Below the pieces are notes generated by a model. The model was not told the origin of the DNA, did not search any database, and was given only the letters and a program-made list of their open reading frames with translations. The translations under genes were made by a program, and so were the position numbers. A stretch of DNA of 64,000 nt from assembly GCA_965223795.1 (NCBI GenBank), contig CBDCXL010000002.1, forward strand, positions 160,001 through 224,000. The letters are read 5' to 3'. Every line of letters starts with the position of its first letter. Position 1 is the first letter of the stretch. The DNA is from Nitrospinales bacterium. GTDB lineage: Bacteria; Nitrospinota; Nitrospinia; Nitrospinales; VA-1. This document shows positions 1-10,596 of this stretch, piece after piece.

Positions 1-2
1 CG

Positions 3-2018
3 GCGTCCCATCTGGAAACGGAACTGATCGAAGAACCGCCGTCTTTAGCGAAAGAAGACGAAGAGCTGATGGACGCTCTGGAAGAACCGGCAGCGGCCGG
101 GGAAGCTGCCGCGTTCAGTGAGGCAACGATTGCGGGCACACCGGAGGAAAGCGAGGATGCAAGCGTGCTGCAGCCGTTATCGGAATCCGCAATCGACACC
201 GGAAGCGAAAACGCCGCTGAACCCGTGAGCGAAAAAACGGAACCGGAATTTTCATCCCCTGCCAAAACGAATGCGGCGGACGATTTTTTTCTCGATATGA
301 CGGAGGAAGCGGAAGAAGCACTGGAAGAAACTGAGCCATCCTTGGACAAGGTGGACTGGATCGGTGAGCCGGATTTCACGGGTCTGGAAACGGCGGCGGA
401 AAGCCTTGCCGACGACGAGGAGCCCATCGAAGCGAAGATCGAAATGCCGGACTTTGAATTTGAGGAAACCGAAAACCGTTTCGATGAAATCAGCACGATG
501 GAAACGGAGCTTAAAAGCAGCCTCGATGCCCTAGAACCTGAAGCCGTGAAATCCGACAGCCGTCTCGATGAGCTCGACCGGCTTGAATCTGAGGTGGAGA
601 AAGACCCGGTAAACTCTGAAATTGAGGATGCGGCAATCGAGGAACCCATCGAGGCATCCTCGGACTCGCGCGATGAGATGCAGGCCTTGACTTCCTTTCT
701 GATCGAAGATCAATACAAAGAGACCTCCGCTTCCGACGAGACGGCTCTTGAGATGGAAACCGCGGAACCGGAGACGGTGTTCGCGGAATTGGAGGAAGTG
801 GAAGACCCGGTGAACCCTGAAATTGAGGATGCGGAGTTCGAGGAACCCGTCGAGGCCTCATCGGACTCCCGCGATGAGATGCAGGCCCTGACTTCTTTTC
901 TGATCGAAGAGCAGGACAAAGAAACCTCCGATTCCGACGAGTCAGCTCTTGAGACGGAGACCACGAAACCGGACACGGTGTTCGCGGAACTGGAGACGGA
1001 AAACCCGGACGACCTGCCCGGTCTGCTGGAGGAAGCCGAAACGGACCCGGCGATCGTTTCGCTGTCTGCGGAAAAAGACGAGCTGGTTGCCGAAGCGGGA
1101 CAGGAGATCGATGCCATTCAGATGGAAATCGAAAAAACCATCGAAGACGTTTCGCGCGAGTTGTCCGCCGATCCTTTGGACGAGGTGTTCCCGTTCGGCG
1201 CCCCGGAAACGGATACTCAGGAAACGCAACCCATCGAAACGCAGGCAATGGCAGAGTCTTCCGAACCTGAACCCGCTGCCCCGGAACCGGAATATGCCGA
1301 GTCTCGGGAAATGGCGGAAGCGGATTCAGAATCTTCCGAACACGCCAGTGCGGATATGGAACCTGCCGGGACGAATGCAATGGCAGAGCCGGAAGCGCCG
1401 ATCGTAAAAGCGGCTGCTGAGGAGCGGAATTTTTTCGACGGTGAGGACCTGTTCGATGTGAAGGGACTGGAAGACATTCAGTCGGAAATCGAGAAAACCA
1501 TTCAGCAAATTTCCGAGGAGCTGCCTTCTTTCTCCGAAGATGAGAAAGACGTTTCCTTCCCGACTGCGGAACAGGAACCCGCCGCGTTGACGGCGGAAGC
1601 CGAGGAATCCGGCGATGCCCTGGAACCCGAATCCACGGAGACCACCGACGCGGTGACGGATTCGGCTGATTTTTTTCCTTCCATTCAGCCGTTGACCGAT
1701 GAAATCGAGATGGCCGATGAAGCGGGCGACACGGGGAATGGCGCTGCGCCGGGCAAGAATGAAGTTCTCATCAAAAGGTTGAGCACATTTCAGGATCTTC
1801 TGGTGCAACGATTTCAGGATGAAGATCTGGACCTCACGGACAATCTGGAGGACCCGAACCTGAAGGTGTACTCCGCGGATGAAAGGAACCTGGAACCCAC
1901 CGGAGTGGATTCTCCCGACAGGGAAAAAGACCTGGATGCCAATTTTCTGGATCTGCTGGAATCTCTGGTCATTCTGAAAGAACAGAAAAACAGCAACGAC
2001 CGCATTCAGTCGCCCTGA
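3..2018 (+). CDS. Very acidic, low-complexity protein (partial, 5' end outside the window); possibly a FimV/HubP-like polar landmark
   Basis: Frame is open from the window start to TGA at 2018. Extremely D/E-rich, with an internal 67-aa duplication. Lies directly upstream of a MinD-like ATPase. Function is inference only. Confidence 0.6.
   Translation, partial: ASHLETELIEEPPSLAKEDEELMDALEEPAAAGEAAAFSEATIAGTPEESEDASVLQPLSESAIDTGSENAAEPVSEKTEPEFSSPAKTNAADDFFLDMTEEAEEALEETEPSLDKVDWIGEPDFTGLETAAESLADDEEPIEAKIEMPDFEFEETENRFDEISTMETELKSSLDALEPEAVKSDSRLDELDRLESEVEKDPVNSEIEDAAIEEPIEASSDSRDEMQALTSFLIEDQYKETSASDETALEMETAEPETVFAELEEVEDPVNPEIEDAEFEEPVEASSDSRDEMQALTSFLIEEQDKETSDSDESALETETTKPDTVFAELETENPDDLPGLLEEAETDPAIVSLSAEKDELVAEAGQEIDAIQMEIEKTIEDVSRELSADPLDEVFPFGAPETDTQETQPIETQAMAESSEPEPAAPEPEYAESREMAEADSESSEHASADMEPAGTNAMAEPEAPIVKAAAEERNFFDGEDLFDVKGLEDIQSEIEKTIQQISEELPSFSEDEKDVSFPTAEQEPAALTAEAEESGDALEPESTETTDAVTDSADFFPSIQPLTDEIEMADEAGDTGNGAAPGKNEVLIKRLSTFQDLLVQRFQDEDLDLTDNLEDPNLKVYSADERNLEPTGVDSPDREKDLDANFLDLLESLVILKEQKNSNDRIQSP
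603..1004 (+). repeat. 201-bp (67-codon) in-frame tandem duplication
   Basis: gacccggt...gagatgcaggcc...acggtgttcgcggaa recurs at 603 and 804; protein units DPVNSEIEDA...VFAELE and DPVNPEIEDA...VFAELE. Confidence 0.9.
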
Positions 2019-2059
2019 TCCTCGGCTCTCAGCCGGCGGTCTGCATTCGATAATCCGGC

Positions 2060-3025
2060 ATGATTTCACCCGACAACATCATTGCCGTGGGCGGGGGAAA
2101 AGGCGGGGCCGGGAAAAGCGTGCTCTGCACGAACCTCGCCGCGGGCCTGGCACTGAGCGGGAAAAACGTCGTTCTCATGGACGCCGATCTGGGCGCGTCC
2201 AACCTCCACGCCCTTCTTGGAATCGACCGGCCGCATTCGGGTTTCAGAAACTGGTTCCTCTCCAACTCCGGCTGTCCCGACTCGCTGTTTTTCGACACGG
2301 GCATCGCCAATCTGAAATTCATCAGCGGCGCGGGAGACCATCCCGGCAGCGCCGATCTTTGTGATGCGTCCTTCGCGAAAATCCCGGACCTGATCCAGGA
2401 CCTGAAGGCGGACTGCGTCTTTCTGGATCTGGGTTCGGGAACGCAGAACCGCACGCTCGACCTGTTCAACCTGAGCGCCCACGGCATCGTGGTCACCACC
2501 CCGGAGATCACCGCCAGCATGAAAACGTTCGGTTTCATCCGCGCGGCGCTGTTCCGAAAAATCAGCCGCGCCTTTGCGGAGCGGGATGAGATCGTGCGGC
2601 TGGTGGACCACTCCGATCCCGAAACCGCGGATCTCGACATCCCTTCAGTGGGCGCTCTGCGCGATAAAATCCAGGCCATCGACTCCGAAGCCGTGCAGAC
2701 GCTGGAATCGATCGTCAATGGGTTTGCTCCTTTGCTGGTGGTCAACCGGGTGCGCAAAAACCGGGATCTGGGCGCGGCGGACCAGCTTATTCAACTGGTG
2801 AAAAAACACCTCGATGTGACTGTGCCGATACTGGGCTATGTCATCGAAAGCGAACGGGTTCGCGATTCGGTGGACGAGCGGATCCCGTTTCTCATCAAGG
2901 AACCGCAGAGCAAGCCTTCGGTCAACGTGCTGAGCATCCTGGGCGCTCTGTTCAACACCCAACTGCAGTTCATCAAAAAGGACGGCAGGATTTTCATCTC
3001 CCGGCAGGCGGACCAGGGAGATTGA
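2060..3025 (+). CDS. MinD/FlhG/ParA-family ATPase
   Basis: Deviant Walker A GGKGGAGKS, DADLGASNL, DLGSG, VVTTPE, VVNR motifs. Confidence 0.85.
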   Translation: MISPDNIIAVGGGKGGAGKSVLCTNLAAGLALSGKNVVLMDADLGASNLHALLGIDRPHSGFRNWFLSNSGCPDSLFFDTGIANLKFISGAGDHPGSADLCDASFAKIPDLIQDLKADCVFLDLGSGTQNRTLDLFNLSAHGIVVTTPEITASMKTFGFIRAALFRKISRAFAERDEIVRLVDHSDPETADLDIPSVGALRDKIQAIDSEAVQTLESIVNGFAPLLVVNRVRKNRDLGAADQLIQLVKKHLDVTVPILGYVIESERVRDSVDERIPFLIKEPQSKPSVNVLSILGALFNTQLQFIKKDGRIFISRQADQGD

Positions 3026-3067
3026 GAGGGTAAAAGAGGAAGTTTTGTTACTGGTTTGAAGTCCGTC

Positions 3068-4183
3068 TCACATTTCGTACTTTTCTTTCGTCAGCTTCGC
3101 CACGTAGACAGGATCGTGCCATTTGTGCACGTATTCCAGCCCTGCCCTGGCTTTCTCCTGCAGGTATTTGCGGTTTTCCACACATTTTTTGAGCACCGCA
3201 TGCAGATTGAACGGATCGGCGTTGATGAAGGCTTCCCGCACATCCTCCGCCATGCGCGGCGGAAGAAAGCGCAGATCGCGCTCGGCGATGCGGGCGATGA
3301 CGGGCTTGCCCATTTTCATGGCTTCGACCGCGGTGGCCCCGTACCAGCCGATCATGACCTGGTCCACGACGAGATCCGCTTTCTGCATTTGAGCCATCAG
3401 CTCGGGATGCGTGCGGCCTTCCATCAATGAAAATTCCACACAGCCGGGGTGTTTCTCCGTCAAACGGTTCACGGCCTCCTGGATGTGGTCCGTCCCTTTA
3501 AAACCGCGGTGCGTCGGGGCGTGGATCACTTTCAGCGCTTTGCCGTCAAACGAATGCGAGTGTTGCTTCAATTCATTCCAGCCGGCAATGGTGTACGGCA
3601 GAAACGAGGATTTGTCCTCGGGAAGAAACCACAGCAGATCCGGGTTCAGGGCCCACATGTGCTTTGCGTGCCGGGCCATCTTCATGATCGCGCTGCGCCT
3701 TCTCGGGTCCTGGTCCGCATCCTTAAGGATGTTTTTATAAATTCCCTGGTTGTGCCCTTCGCCCTTTATGTCCGCATCCTTTCGGATCAGCCGCTGCCGT
3801 GCGTCGCTGCCGTTGTAGGTGACAAAGAGCTTCGCATTGTCCGGATAAAAGGGAAGATCCACACTCATCCATCTCAGGCTGGGAAAGTTGATCAGGGATT
3901 GGCCGAAGTTGAAATGAAACGCATCGAATTTCGAACGGATCTTGAAAAACGTTTTCGCCAGTTTGCCCAGCCTCTTCGGCAGGGACTGGCTGCTGTCGAG
4001 ATCGAGATGGATGTCGCCGCGTTGAGCGTAGCGGAAGTGTTCTGCAATGAGAACTCTGCTTTCGATGCCGAGCTGTTTTTCCGCTTCGGCCAGACCGAAG
4101 GCGTTGCCCCCCACGGCGGTCGGAAGGTGCAGGACTTTCAACTTTTTTCCTCCCCGGTATCCGTGGAGGTTTGGCCTGGACAA
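3068..4183 (-). CDS. Glycosyltransferase (GT-B, GT4-like)
   Basis: HAPTHRGFKGT and ADLVVDQ...YGATAVEAMKMGKPV C-terminal GT-B motifs; glycan cluster context. Confidence 0.8.
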   Translation of the reverse strand: MSRPNLHGYRGGKKLKVLHLPTAVGGNAFGLAEAEKQLGIESRVLIAEHFRYAQRGDIHLDLDSSQSLPKRLGKLAKTFFKIRSKFDAFHFNFGQSLINFPSLRWMSVDLPFYPDNAKLFVTYNGSDARQRLIRKDADIKGEGHNQGIYKNILKDADQDPRRRSAIMKMARHAKHMWALNPDLLWFLPEDKSSFLPYTIAGWNELKQHSHSFDGKALKVIHAPTHRGFKGTDHIQEAVNRLTEKHPGCVEFSLMEGRTHPELMAQMQKADLVVDQVMIGWYGATAVEAMKMGKPVIARIAERDLRFLPPRMAEDVREAFINADPFNLHAVLKKCVENRKYLQEKARAGLEYVHKWHDPVYVAKLTKEKYEM

Positions 4184-5070
4184 GGTTTGAGAAAACTTTC
4201 GATGCAGCGCTCAATCCCCTGTTTAAAAGTGATCCTGGGCGGACCGAGCAGCGTGGACATTTTGCGGATGTCGCCTCCCAGACTGGGGCCTTTTCCCGGC
4301 TCCGCGATCTCGAAACGGGGTTTTTTGTTGAGAGTGTTTCCGATGATTTCACCGATGGCGCGCAGGGTCAGCACTTCGGGTCCGGCCACGTTGACGGCGC
4401 TGCTTGTTTGCAGGTCCAGCGCCTTGCATATGGCCTTCACCGCATCGGACACATAAATCGGGTTGATGGCGATGCCCTCGTTTCCCTGAAGCCGGATGGC
4501 CTTTTCTTCGTTCACCGAATGCACCAGCCGCGGAATCAAGCGGTCCGGCTTTTGGTGCGGACCGTAGACGAAAAAAAGCCTTAGCAGAACCACATTGAAA
4601 ATTCCGGAATAACTCTCAGCCAACACCTCGGAACACAGTTTCGTTCCCAGGTAAAAATTGAGGTTTTCCTGAGCGGGCTTCCACTCGCCGCTGGAAAAGC
4701 TCTGTCCCTGGTAGGTGTCGAGCCCTCCGGACGAAGCGAGGACGAAGGTCCGCGCTCCGGCCCGCTTGGCGTAATCCAGCAGCTTGAGCGTGCTGAGCGT
4801 GTTGACGTAAAACACATCCTCCGCCCGGTTGGGGAATTCCCGGTAATAGTCCGACTGGGCAAGGTGGATCACCGCGTCGGTGCGGCTGGGAAGGGCATGC
4901 GCGTCCCACTCTCCCGAAAGATCGAGGTTCAGGTGATGATACTTTCCGGCCGCACCCGCCCAATCGGGCGTCTCTCTCGATACGCCGGTCACTTCGCACT
5001 CACGCGTCAGCTCCGGAACCAGAGCGGAACCGATGAGTCCGGTTGTGCCTGTGACAACGCAGGTCTTCAT
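4138..5070 (-). CDS. NAD-dependent sugar epimerase/dehydratase
   Basis: VTGTTGLIG Rossmann motif, YxxxK (YLGTK), LRLFFVYGP. Confidence 0.85.
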   Translation of the reverse strand: MKTCVVTGTTGLIGSALVPELTRECEVTGVSRETPDWAGAAGKYHHLNLDLSGEWDAHALPSRTDAVIHLAQSDYYREFPNRAEDVFYVNTLSTLKLLDYAKRAGARTFVLASSGGLDTYQGQSFSSGEWKPAQENLNFYLGTKLCSEVLAESYSGIFNVVLLRLFFVYGPHQKPDRLIPRLVHSVNEEKAIRLQGNEGIAINPIYVSDAVKAICKALDLQTSSAVNVAGPEVLTLRAIGEIIGNTLNKKPRFEIAEPGKGPSLGGDIRKMSTLLGPPRITFKQGIERCIESFLKPCPGQTSTDTGEEKS

Positions 5071-5137
5071 GGAGTCGTTTCCTTGACTGATGCATTGCGT
5101 TCAGACAACATCTTGGCATTTTCCCCAAATATATGCG

Positions 5138-6580
5138 TCATACGGCCTGCCCGCCGATCCATTTGCGGATGTCGTTCACCCGGATCAAGTCGAGGGCGAA
5201 GGACAGCGCGACCACTCCGCCGCAGAACGCCAGCTTGGACAACACGATCGACATTTCCGATCCCAGTTTGTAAAACGGATACGGCAGCACCAGGATCAGA
5301 AACACCGCAATGCTCAGGATGATCTTTCTGCTCTCGATCTCGATGGGGTGCAGCTTCTGCGTCCAGAATAAATACAGGCCGGTCAGACAGGCGTAAGAGA
5401 TGCAGGTCGCCAGCGCCGCTCCCAGCGCGCCCATCCTGGGGATCAACATCCAGTTCAACAGGATGTTGATGCCGGCCGTGATCCAGGATGCGCGTGAGAT
5501 CAATTGTGTTTTCTTTTCCAGCGAAATGCCGATGGGCGTGATCTGGGTGGTTCCGTAGAACACCGCTCCCAGCATCAAAAAGCCGACGAATCCCGCCGCC
5601 CCCCAGTACTCCACCGGCGTCAGCCAGGACAACAGCTCGCGTGAAAAGAGCGTGATCCCGCCGCCGAGCAGCGCCAGACCGAGCAGCCAGAGGCTGAGGA
5701 TTCGGCCGAACACCTGCCGGTAACGCGGTTCCTCGGAATAGATCTTGAACGCCATCGGGCTCCAGGCCGCGCCGAACGCCTGATTCACGAAAAACACGAT
5801 GCTCATCAGGTAAAAGGCGACGCTGTAAAGCCCCACCTGCTGCGTGTCCGCCAGAACGCCCAGCATCCAGCGGTCGGAGGCGGTGAAGATCCAGTATGCC
5901 AGGCCCGCGAAGATGAACGGGTAACCGAACTGGACCAGTTTTTTTCCCTCTTCCCGGTTCCAGTTCCAGACCAGGTCCCTGCGGATGAGCCACACGGCGA
6001 CGGGAGCCGTTATCCAGAGCGCCCAGAACAGACCCCAGAAATAGCCCGCCAACCCCCATGAAAGGCTCAAGATGAAAAACAATCCCAGGCCGACGCCGAG
6101 AAAATTCCGGCAAGCGGACACAAAGGTGTATTTGAGCGGAGCGAAATGAATCCGGAGCACGTTTTGCGCGTAGACCATCACCTGATAAGGCAGGATCCCC
6201 GCCAGTGCCAGGACCACCCAGATCCATTGCAGGCCGAAGCGTTCCAGCAGCACGCCGCGCGTCAGGTAGCCTCCCCACAGCACCGCCGCGGTGAAAGCGA
6301 GACACCAGAGGATCAGGATCACGAGCCCCACGCTGACGATGGTTTTCGGGTCCGATTCGCGCTCTTTGCTGTCCCAGTAAAAACGCTGCACCGAGTTGTT
6401 CATGCCGAGCGTGGCGAACGTGCCGATGAGCCCCGCCAGCGACACGATGAGCGCCATGGCTCCGAACTCCTCAACCGTGAACACGTGGGTGTAGATGGGC
6501 ACCACCGCGAACGCGACGAGCTTGAAGACCAGGTCGCCCAGGCCGTACACCATCGTGTCTTTGAACAGGGAACGGATCAT
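5138..6580 (-). CDS. Wzx-like polysaccharide flippase (MOP superfamily)
   Basis: About 12-14 hydrophobic segments; typical N-terminus (LFKDTMVYGLG...PIYT...EEFG), DRWML and VGLYSVA motifs. Confidence 0.85.
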   Translation of the reverse strand: MIRSLFKDTMVYGLGDLVFKLVAFAVVPIYTHVFTVEEFGAMALIVSLAGLIGTFATLGMNNSVQRFYWDSKERESDPKTIVSVGLVILILWCLAFTAAVLWGGYLTRGVLLERFGLQWIWVVLALAGILPYQVMVYAQNVLRIHFAPLKYTFVSACRNFLGVGLGLFFILSLSWGLAGYFWGLFWALWITAPVAVWLIRRDLVWNWNREEGKKLVQFGYPFIFAGLAYWIFTASDRWMLGVLADTQQVGLYSVAFYLMSIVFFVNQAFGAAWSPMAFKIYSEEPRYRQVFGRILSLWLLGLALLGGGITLFSRELLSWLTPVEYWGAAGFVGFLMLGAVFYGTTQITPIGISLEKKTQLISRASWITAGINILLNWMLIPRMGALGAALATCISYACLTGLYLFWTQKLHPIEIESRKIILSIAVFLILVLPYPFYKLGSEMSIVLSKLAFCGGVVALSFALDLIRVNDIRKWIGGQAV

Positions 6581-7914
6581 CGTGGAAACAGTTTTTCCGG
6601 CAAACGGTTTTCGATCAAAGGATGCCGCACTTTCGGCGCGGTGCGGTTGTATTTAGAATGCAGAGGATGAAACAGGTTCATCAGGTCCCGGTCACTGCCT
6701 TTCCAGATTGTTTCATAGATCGCTGTGAACAGATATTGGGCGGTTTTGGTGGAATGGTACTTTTCCGCATACAGCCGCCCCGCCCGCCCCAGCTCCTCGC
6801 GCAATTCCGGGTGCGTGACCAGAATTCGCAGATGATTCTTCACGGTTTCCGGTGTGGTGGACAACACGGGGCACTCGTTCAAGTACGAATGCCGCCGGAA
6901 ATAGCGGGTGTAGCTTTCGTTTTCCAGGTTGGCAAGCACGGGCAGTCCGGTGGCCATTCCCTCGATGCCGCTCAGGGCGTAACAGGATACGATGATCTGC
7001 TCCACCAGGATATCGGCCTCATCGCGCATGATTTCCCGCACCCGGTCATTGGATACGTTCTCCAGCAGGATGAGATCCACATCCAGTCCTTCTTCTTTCA
7101 AATCGTTCACGGCCTGGACGATGAATTCGGTGCCTTTGTAGCCGCGGTGGTTGGGCGTGTGAATGATCTTCACCGGTCCGTTCAATCCGTTGCTTTTTGA
7201 GTAGACGGCTTTCTTCTGCCATTGTGCGGTGTCGATGGTGATCGGATTGAACGGCGCGCAGTCCCAGCGGCCGATTCCTTCGATCATCGTTCCCGTGATC
7301 ATGGCGTCCGCATTGCGTGTCCAGTAGTGAACCCGTTGTTCGATCTTCTTTTCCTTTTTCGCCAGCTCCGGATAGGAAGTCAGAAGCGCGTGGCGCAGGG
7401 AAGTGTCGGTGATCTTCGACATCTGATACGCATCGGTGCCGTAAGGGATCAAAACCGCTTTGCATCCCGCCAGCCGGAGCAGCGGCGCTTCCAGCCGCCA
7501 CAGCCCGGTGCTTCCCAGGAAGCCGCCCGAGAAAGGATGGTGCACGATGTCGTAATGGTTGACCGCGTGGGCGAACACGACATACGGCGCGCGCAGTACA
7601 TAAAATGCGTTGACAATTTTATTGCGGGAGGCGCCGGCGATGCCGCTGTAGTAATGGTCGAAATCCTCCTTTTTATTGATGGAGGAAAACCATTCGATCA
7701 TGAGGGTCGCCGATTCGAACCCGGCGCCTTTCATGGCGTCGGACCAGTATTTGTTGTTCATGATGGGCACCGGCCCCCAGACCAGGCGCGGCGGCCAGCG
7801 ATCGCGCTTTTTGTTCCAGGGCATGCGGATCAGGATATACAGCAGTCCGCCAACGTCGAACCCAAAGCGGACGATTGATTTCAAAATCTGTTTCATTAAA
7901 AAGTCAATCTCCAT
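6577..7914 (-). CDS. Glycosyltransferase (GT-B), paralogue of 3068..4183
   Basis: HTPNHRGYKGT, ADILVEQ, EGMATGLPV motifs. Confidence 0.8.
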   Translation of the reverse strand: MEIDFLMKQILKSIVRFGFDVGGLLYILIRMPWNKKRDRWPPRLVWGPVPIMNNKYWSDAMKGAGFESATLMIEWFSSINKKEDFDHYYSGIAGASRNKIVNAFYVLRAPYVVFAHAVNHYDIVHHPFSGGFLGSTGLWRLEAPLLRLAGCKAVLIPYGTDAYQMSKITDTSLRHALLTSYPELAKKEKKIEQRVHYWTRNADAMITGTMIEGIGRWDCAPFNPITIDTAQWQKKAVYSKSNGLNGPVKIIHTPNHRGYKGTEFIVQAVNDLKEEGLDVDLILLENVSNDRVREIMRDEADILVEQIIVSCYALSGIEGMATGLPVLANLENESYTRYFRRHSYLNECPVLSTTPETVKNHLRILVTHPELREELGRAGRLYAEKYHSTKTAQYLFTAIYETIWKGSDRDLMNLFHPLHSKYNRTAPKVRHPLIENRLPEKLFPR

Positions 7915-8837
7915 CAGTCCATCACAGCAAGACCAATGCCGTCTTTGCCGAACGCGTTGCCGTTGTAGAACATAAATTGCCTGCCTTCATGCCCGATCAC
8001 AGCCGGATAGGCCATCGCCGCCGCATCCCAGCCTTCCGCCGAAACCGCGATTCCGGTATTTTCGTCTTTTCGCTGCCACTGGATGCCGTCTTCGGATTCT
8101 GCGCGTCCGATCCGGTAGCCCTTGCCGCGGTCGAAGGAATACCACGCCTCGTAGCCATCGTCACCTTTCCGGACCCAGGTGCGGGCGATGTTTTTCTCTT
8201 CGGGAACGGCATGATCCAGAGAAACGACGCCGTCGCGACGCCACTGCACGCCATCTCCGGATTCCGCATATTTGATGTGGTAGTGGGAATGCAAACCCTT
8301 GTCGGTTTCCTCCCAGCGATAACCGGACACGTACCACATGCGCCAACGGTCATTTTCTTTCATGACGAACGGAGACGTGACCAGGCAGGGGTCGTGCTCG
8401 GAACGCCCCATGATGGGCGCGGCGCTCAATTTCCGAAAATTCACGCCGCCGTCTTCGCTCACCGCCAACCCGATCGCCGCGGTGAACAGGGGCGGCGTGG
8501 GTCCCGGATTCCAGCCGATGGTGTAGAGATAAACCCTGCCGCCGTCGCGCACGGCCGAGGCGGCATAGATGCCGTGATCGTCAAAATGCCCCAGCGGCCC
8601 CGGCTCGAGCACCGGCCGCGAACTCACCTCAACCGGGCGGGCAAGGTCGTCGAGATCCATGTCGAAATAGCCGACGTGCGAGCGGTTGCGCGCATCGCGG
8701 CTGGAAAAATACACCCGGCAGCGGCTTCCCTCCAGCTTCAGCGGTGTGGGCAGCGAAGCGTGCGACCGCATCCACGGCACGTTCGTATCGGGTGAAAATA
8801 TCAGCCCCTCTTTTTTCCACTTTTTATTGATGGTCAT
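7914..8837 (-). CDS. Five-bladed beta-propeller glycosidase-like protein (GH130/GH43-like)
   Basis: Repeated Asp-box-like motifs (AVSEDGG, AESGDGVQW, AESEDGIQW) and MFYNGNAFGKDGIGLA terminus. Confidence 0.65.
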   Translation of the reverse strand: MTINKKWKKEGLIFSPDTNVPWMRSHASLPTPLKLEGSRCRVYFSSRDARNRSHVGYFDMDLDDLARPVEVSSRPVLEPGPLGHFDDHGIYAASAVRDGGRVYLYTIGWNPGPTPPLFTAAIGLAVSEDGGVNFRKLSAAPIMGRSEHDPCLVTSPFVMKENDRWRMWYVSGYRWEETDKGLHSHYHIKYAESGDGVQWRRDGVVSLDHAVPEEKNIARTWVRKGDDGYEAWYSFDRGKGYRIGRAESEDGIQWQRKDENTGIAVSAEGWDAAAMAYPAVIGHEGRQFMFYNGNAFGKDGIGLAVMD

Positions 8838-8885
8838 TGTTTACCGTGATCGTCATTCATATTGAAAGTGAGATGCCATTGTCCT

Positions 8886-9548
8886 TCACTGAAAAAACAT
8901 CGTGCTTTCCCGCTTGAATTTTTTCGTGCGTTCGCCGAGGTACACCTCACGCGGCCCCGTGCTTTTCTGGATCAACGCATTGGCGCCGATGAGGTTTTCA
9001 TCGCCGATGGACACGCTGTCCACCACCGTCGCGTTCACACCGAAAAAGCAGCGGCTGCCGACCTTGCAGAATCCGGAAATCACCACATGCGAGGACAAAA
9101 AACAATGCGGCCCGATCACCGAGTGATGGCCGATGTGGTTTCCGCTCCACAGGATGCTGTTGTCTTCCAGCGTCACGAAAGGCTGCAGGGTGTTGTCCTC
9201 GAACACAAACACGTTTTCGCCGATCTTCGTGTCTCCCCAGTGCGTGGCCTTGGAGGAAACGTAGCTGAGCAGCTTGTATCCCTTGGCCTTGGCCTCGTGA
9301 AAAAACTGTTCGCGCACACGATTCATTTTGATATAGCCGACAGCGATAAACATCTCGTGTGTATCGGGCGGAAAGTGTTTTTGCACTTCGTCGAAAGCCA
9401 CGAGCGGACGACCGTTGAAGCATTCCTCCTTCACCACATCTCTTGTGGCGGTGAAGGCCACCACCTCATAGTCGCTGTCATTCGTCAGGTAAAACTGGGC
9501 GATTTCCGCTAAATTGCCCGTTCCGAATACAATTGCTTTTTTTTTCAC
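8886..9548 (-). CDS. Hexapeptide-repeat sugar acetyltransferase (NeuD/PglD family)
   Basis: IVFGTG N-terminal motif; left-handed beta-helix repeats (IGENVFV, IGHHSVIG, IGDENLIGANA). GTG start. Confidence 0.85.
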   Translation of the reverse strand: MKKKAIVFGTGNLAEIAQFYLTNDSDYEVVAFTATRDVVKEECFNGRPLVAFDEVQKHFPPDTHEMFIAVGYIKMNRVREQFFHEAKAKGYKLLSYVSSKATHWGDTKIGENVFVFEDNTLQPFVTLEDNSILWSGNHIGHHSVIGPHCFLSSHVVISGFCKVGSRCFFGVNATVVDSVSIGDENLIGANALIQKSTGPREVYLGERTKKFKRESTMFFQ

Positions 9549-9556
9549 AGGTCACC

Positions 9557-10585
9557 TCACAGGCACACCGAATGGAGACAGGAAAAAGGGACCACGTAAA
9601 ATCCCGGGTACCCCTCCAAAAGTGCGTCCTCAGTTTGTTCCAGAAGCGATTCATCGTTGACTTTTACGTAATATCGATAGCGGTGATCTTGCGCCCCCCA
9701 CTTGCGCTTGAAGCGATGCACGCCTTCCTGGGAATTCCAGGTGCCGCCCCAGTTCCACCCTGTGTATCCCGCGCGGGCCGCGTCCAGCATGGCCCGATAA
9801 AGAATCTCCGCCATGGGCTGGATGCTGCGGTGCTCTTTCACGGTGACGGGAACGAAATACTCGACCGTGCGATTGAAGTAAAACAGGAGCAGCGCGCTCA
9901 CAGCCCTGTTGCCCTGGCTGGCGACATAGATTCTGTACTCCCGGTCCGCTTCGAAATATTTCGGAAACAGGTCGAAAAACGCCCGCGTTTTCTCCCGTCC
10001 GCCGATCAATGCCATATTTTCGCAGTGTATCCGTTCGAGAAACTCGACCGCTTTGTTGTCCACGCTCACGGTGATGCCGGAATCTTTCGCCTTGCGAATG
10101 TTGCGGCGGGTGGAGCCGTCCAGCAGCGCCAGAATCCGGCTCTCAAGGTTCTCCCCCTGGGGCAGCCGTGTGAACTGGCCGATGCGCTCGTCCTGAAAAT
10201 TGTGCTCAACCGGTGCTTCCTCGCTCGACAACAGGGGATGTCCGATCAGCGTCGCGGCCGCCACACCGGAATGATTCGCCAAAGCGTCGAATCTGGCATA
10301 GAGCGCGTCGCGCGCGGCCTGGGTGGCATGCAGCACGGCGCCGTGACTGCCGTAATACGGCAGGGAATTCAGAACACGCCCAAACGGGCCGCCTTTCTCC
10401 ATCACCGGCAGAACGCCGGTGATCTTCCCGTTTTCACGGGCGATCCAGTATTCGGAACGGCAGCCGAGCAGCGCCTCGAGAAAGCGTTTGTAGGGCAGAC
10501 CGTAGTACAGCAGCGACGCCTCGCAGCTGTCAAGAAACGCCTGGTATTCGCTATCGTCCTTTTCTTTCAGCTTTATGATTTCCAT
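9557..10585 (-). CDS. FemAB-like GNAT-fold acyl/aminoacyl transferase
   Basis: SLPYYGSHG, RRNIRKA, GVHRFKRKWGA motifs. Confidence 0.75.
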   Translation of the reverse strand: MEIIKLKEKDDSEYQAFLDSCEASLLYYGLPYKRFLEALLGCRSEYWIARENGKITGVLPVMEKGGPFGRVLNSLPYYGSHGAVLHATQAARDALYARFDALANHSGVAAATLIGHPLLSSEEAPVEHNFQDERIGQFTRLPQGENLESRILALLDGSTRRNIRKAKDSGITVSVDNKAVEFLERIHCENMALIGGREKTRAFFDLFPKYFEADREYRIYVASQGNRAVSALLLFYFNRTVEYFVPVTVKEHRSIQPMAEILYRAMLDAARAGYTGWNWGGTWNSQEGVHRFKRKWGAQDHRYRYYVKVNDESLLEQTEDALLEGYPGFYVVPFSCLHSVCL

Positions 10586-10596
10586 GATATTTCAAA

